A stretch of 63,932 nt of DNA, counting the filler, from Octopus bimaculoides (taxonomy: Eukaryota), in NCBI RefSeq assembly GCF_001194135.2. It is 6 parts of 5 records of this genome, joined end to end, with 100 filler letters (N's around TTAATTAATTAA, not from the genome) between each part and the next. Parts side by side here need not be neighbours in the genome. Positions count along the whole stretch, not along the records: positions 62,933 to 63,932 come from NW_026354491.1; 5 more parts are not named here. One strand, 5' to 3'. The notes beneath the pieces were generated by a model. It was given only the letters and a program-made list of their open reading frames with translations. It was not told the origin of the DNA and did not search any database. The position numbers were made by a program, and so were the translations under genes. Shown here one piece after another: positions 63,094 through 63,932 of the stretch (positions within the stretch are counted from its first letter, which is position 1; the number at the start of each line of letters is the position of its first letter).

Positions 63094-63932
63094 ATGCCCG
63101 GAGATAAATCTATCAACAAAAAAAATACAGACGAATACCGATCTGCTAGCCTTAAGAAACTACGCTACGAGCAATGTTTACATGCTGAGAACTCGGTGAC
63201 GGTGTTGTCTCAAAAAATTGACCCTAAACAGACAAATCCGTCCCCTAATGTCAACGCCAAAGCTCGTCATGCCTCAATGATAACAAAGCAGATTACAAAC
63301 CAGATTGGTCATCGACCGAATCACAAAGGGCCACCTACTCGATATAGATCTGCTAGCCTTAAGAAGCTACGTCACGAGAGCCCGGAGACGGTGTTGTCTC
63401 AAAAAATTAACCCTAAACAGACAGATCCGTCCCCTAGCGTCAACGTCGAAGCTTGTTATGCCTCACAGTTAACAAAACAAATTACAAACCGGAATGGTCA
63501 TGGACCGGATTCTAAAGGACCACTTACTCGGATGATGAACCAGATCCGAGACGAGAAATCTGCTACTGGTTCAAATCTTCCCGACACACAGGAGCTGGAA
63601 GTACCCCACAACCGGAATATTCCAACAGATGGCCATCCATGCTCATCACCAAACAACCAAAAGAAAAAGAATGAAAAATGGTCTAGGGAAGATAATAAAG
63701 AAGTTCTTACGGCCTTCTACCATGCCATATATTTCCCCACAAATAAATCGAACACTGTACAAACCTACTTAAACTGGAGACAGAAACACCTTGAAGTGAG
63801 ACCCTACATAGACAGTAACAAACTAGCCAACGTCAGAAGAAACATTATGAAAATAAAATTACTAACCGAAGTAGAGATTGAGCAAATTAAACAAACAGTA
63901 AGGGATAAAAAGTATGAAACTGCAGCTAAAGA
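63094..63932 (+). CDS. N-terminal part of a probable R4/Dong-like non-LTR retrotransposon ORF (open at window end)
   Basis: 279 codons with no stop, translated by hand from ATG 63094. KWSREDNKEVLTAFY...W...KLANVRRNIMKIKLLTEVEIEQIK resembles the N-terminal Myb-like region of R4/Dong ORFs. RT not reached in this window. Confidence 0.7.
   Translation, partial: MPGDKSINKKNTDEYRSASLKKLRYEQCLHAENSVTVLSQKIDPKQTNPSPNVNAKARHASMITKQITNQIGHRPNHKGPPTRYRSASLKKLRHESPETVLSQKINPKQTDPSPSVNVEACYASQLTKQITNRNGHGPDSKGPLTRMMNQIRDEKSATGSNLPDTQELEVPHNRNIPTDGHPCSSPNNQKKKNEKWSREDNKEVLTAFYHAIYFPTNKSNTVQTYLNWRQKHLEVRPYIDSNKLANVRRNIMKIKLLTEVEIEQIKQTVRDKKYETAAK

Noticed and set aside
1-63932. CRISPR array or prokaryotic-type system
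   Set aside because: No regularly spaced repeat-spacer array and no operon-like gene density; the sequence is eukaryotic repeat-rich DNA.

Overview
AT-rich, microsatellite-saturated animal genomic DNA with many N gaps. It is almost certainly octopus (cephalopod), inferred from the SINE families and repeat landscape. Five gaps are 100-bp scaffold joins containing an artificial TTAATTAATTAA spacer, so long-range adjacency is uncertain. No host gene, tRNA/rRNA gene or CRISPR array can be supported, and almost all ORFs in the supplied track are microsatellite or N-run artefacts. The recognisable content is transposon-derived: three tRNA-headed SINE families (about 25 copies), CR1-like, Tx1/L1-like, R4/Dong-like and Penelope-like (GIY-YIG) retroelement fragments, mariner/Tc1 remnants (one with DD36E spacing, one DD37D-type, and a two-copy family built from two inverted 5' ends), and MITEs. 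The most notable signals: (1) a set of Penelope-type minimal hammerhead ribozyme motifs, one with a fully intact catalytic core (24893-24958, minus strand), often inside inverted repeats or palindromes; (2) an uninterrupted 279-codon R4/Dong-like ORF running off the right edge (63094-63932), absent from the ORF track, with an in-frame duplicated N-terminal unit; (3) an inverted telomeric-repeat hairpin; (4) SINE/LINE 3'-tail sharing and SINE domain swapping; (5) an (AAT)n insertion hotspot. These are mostly new instances of known element classes rather than a demonstrably new system.
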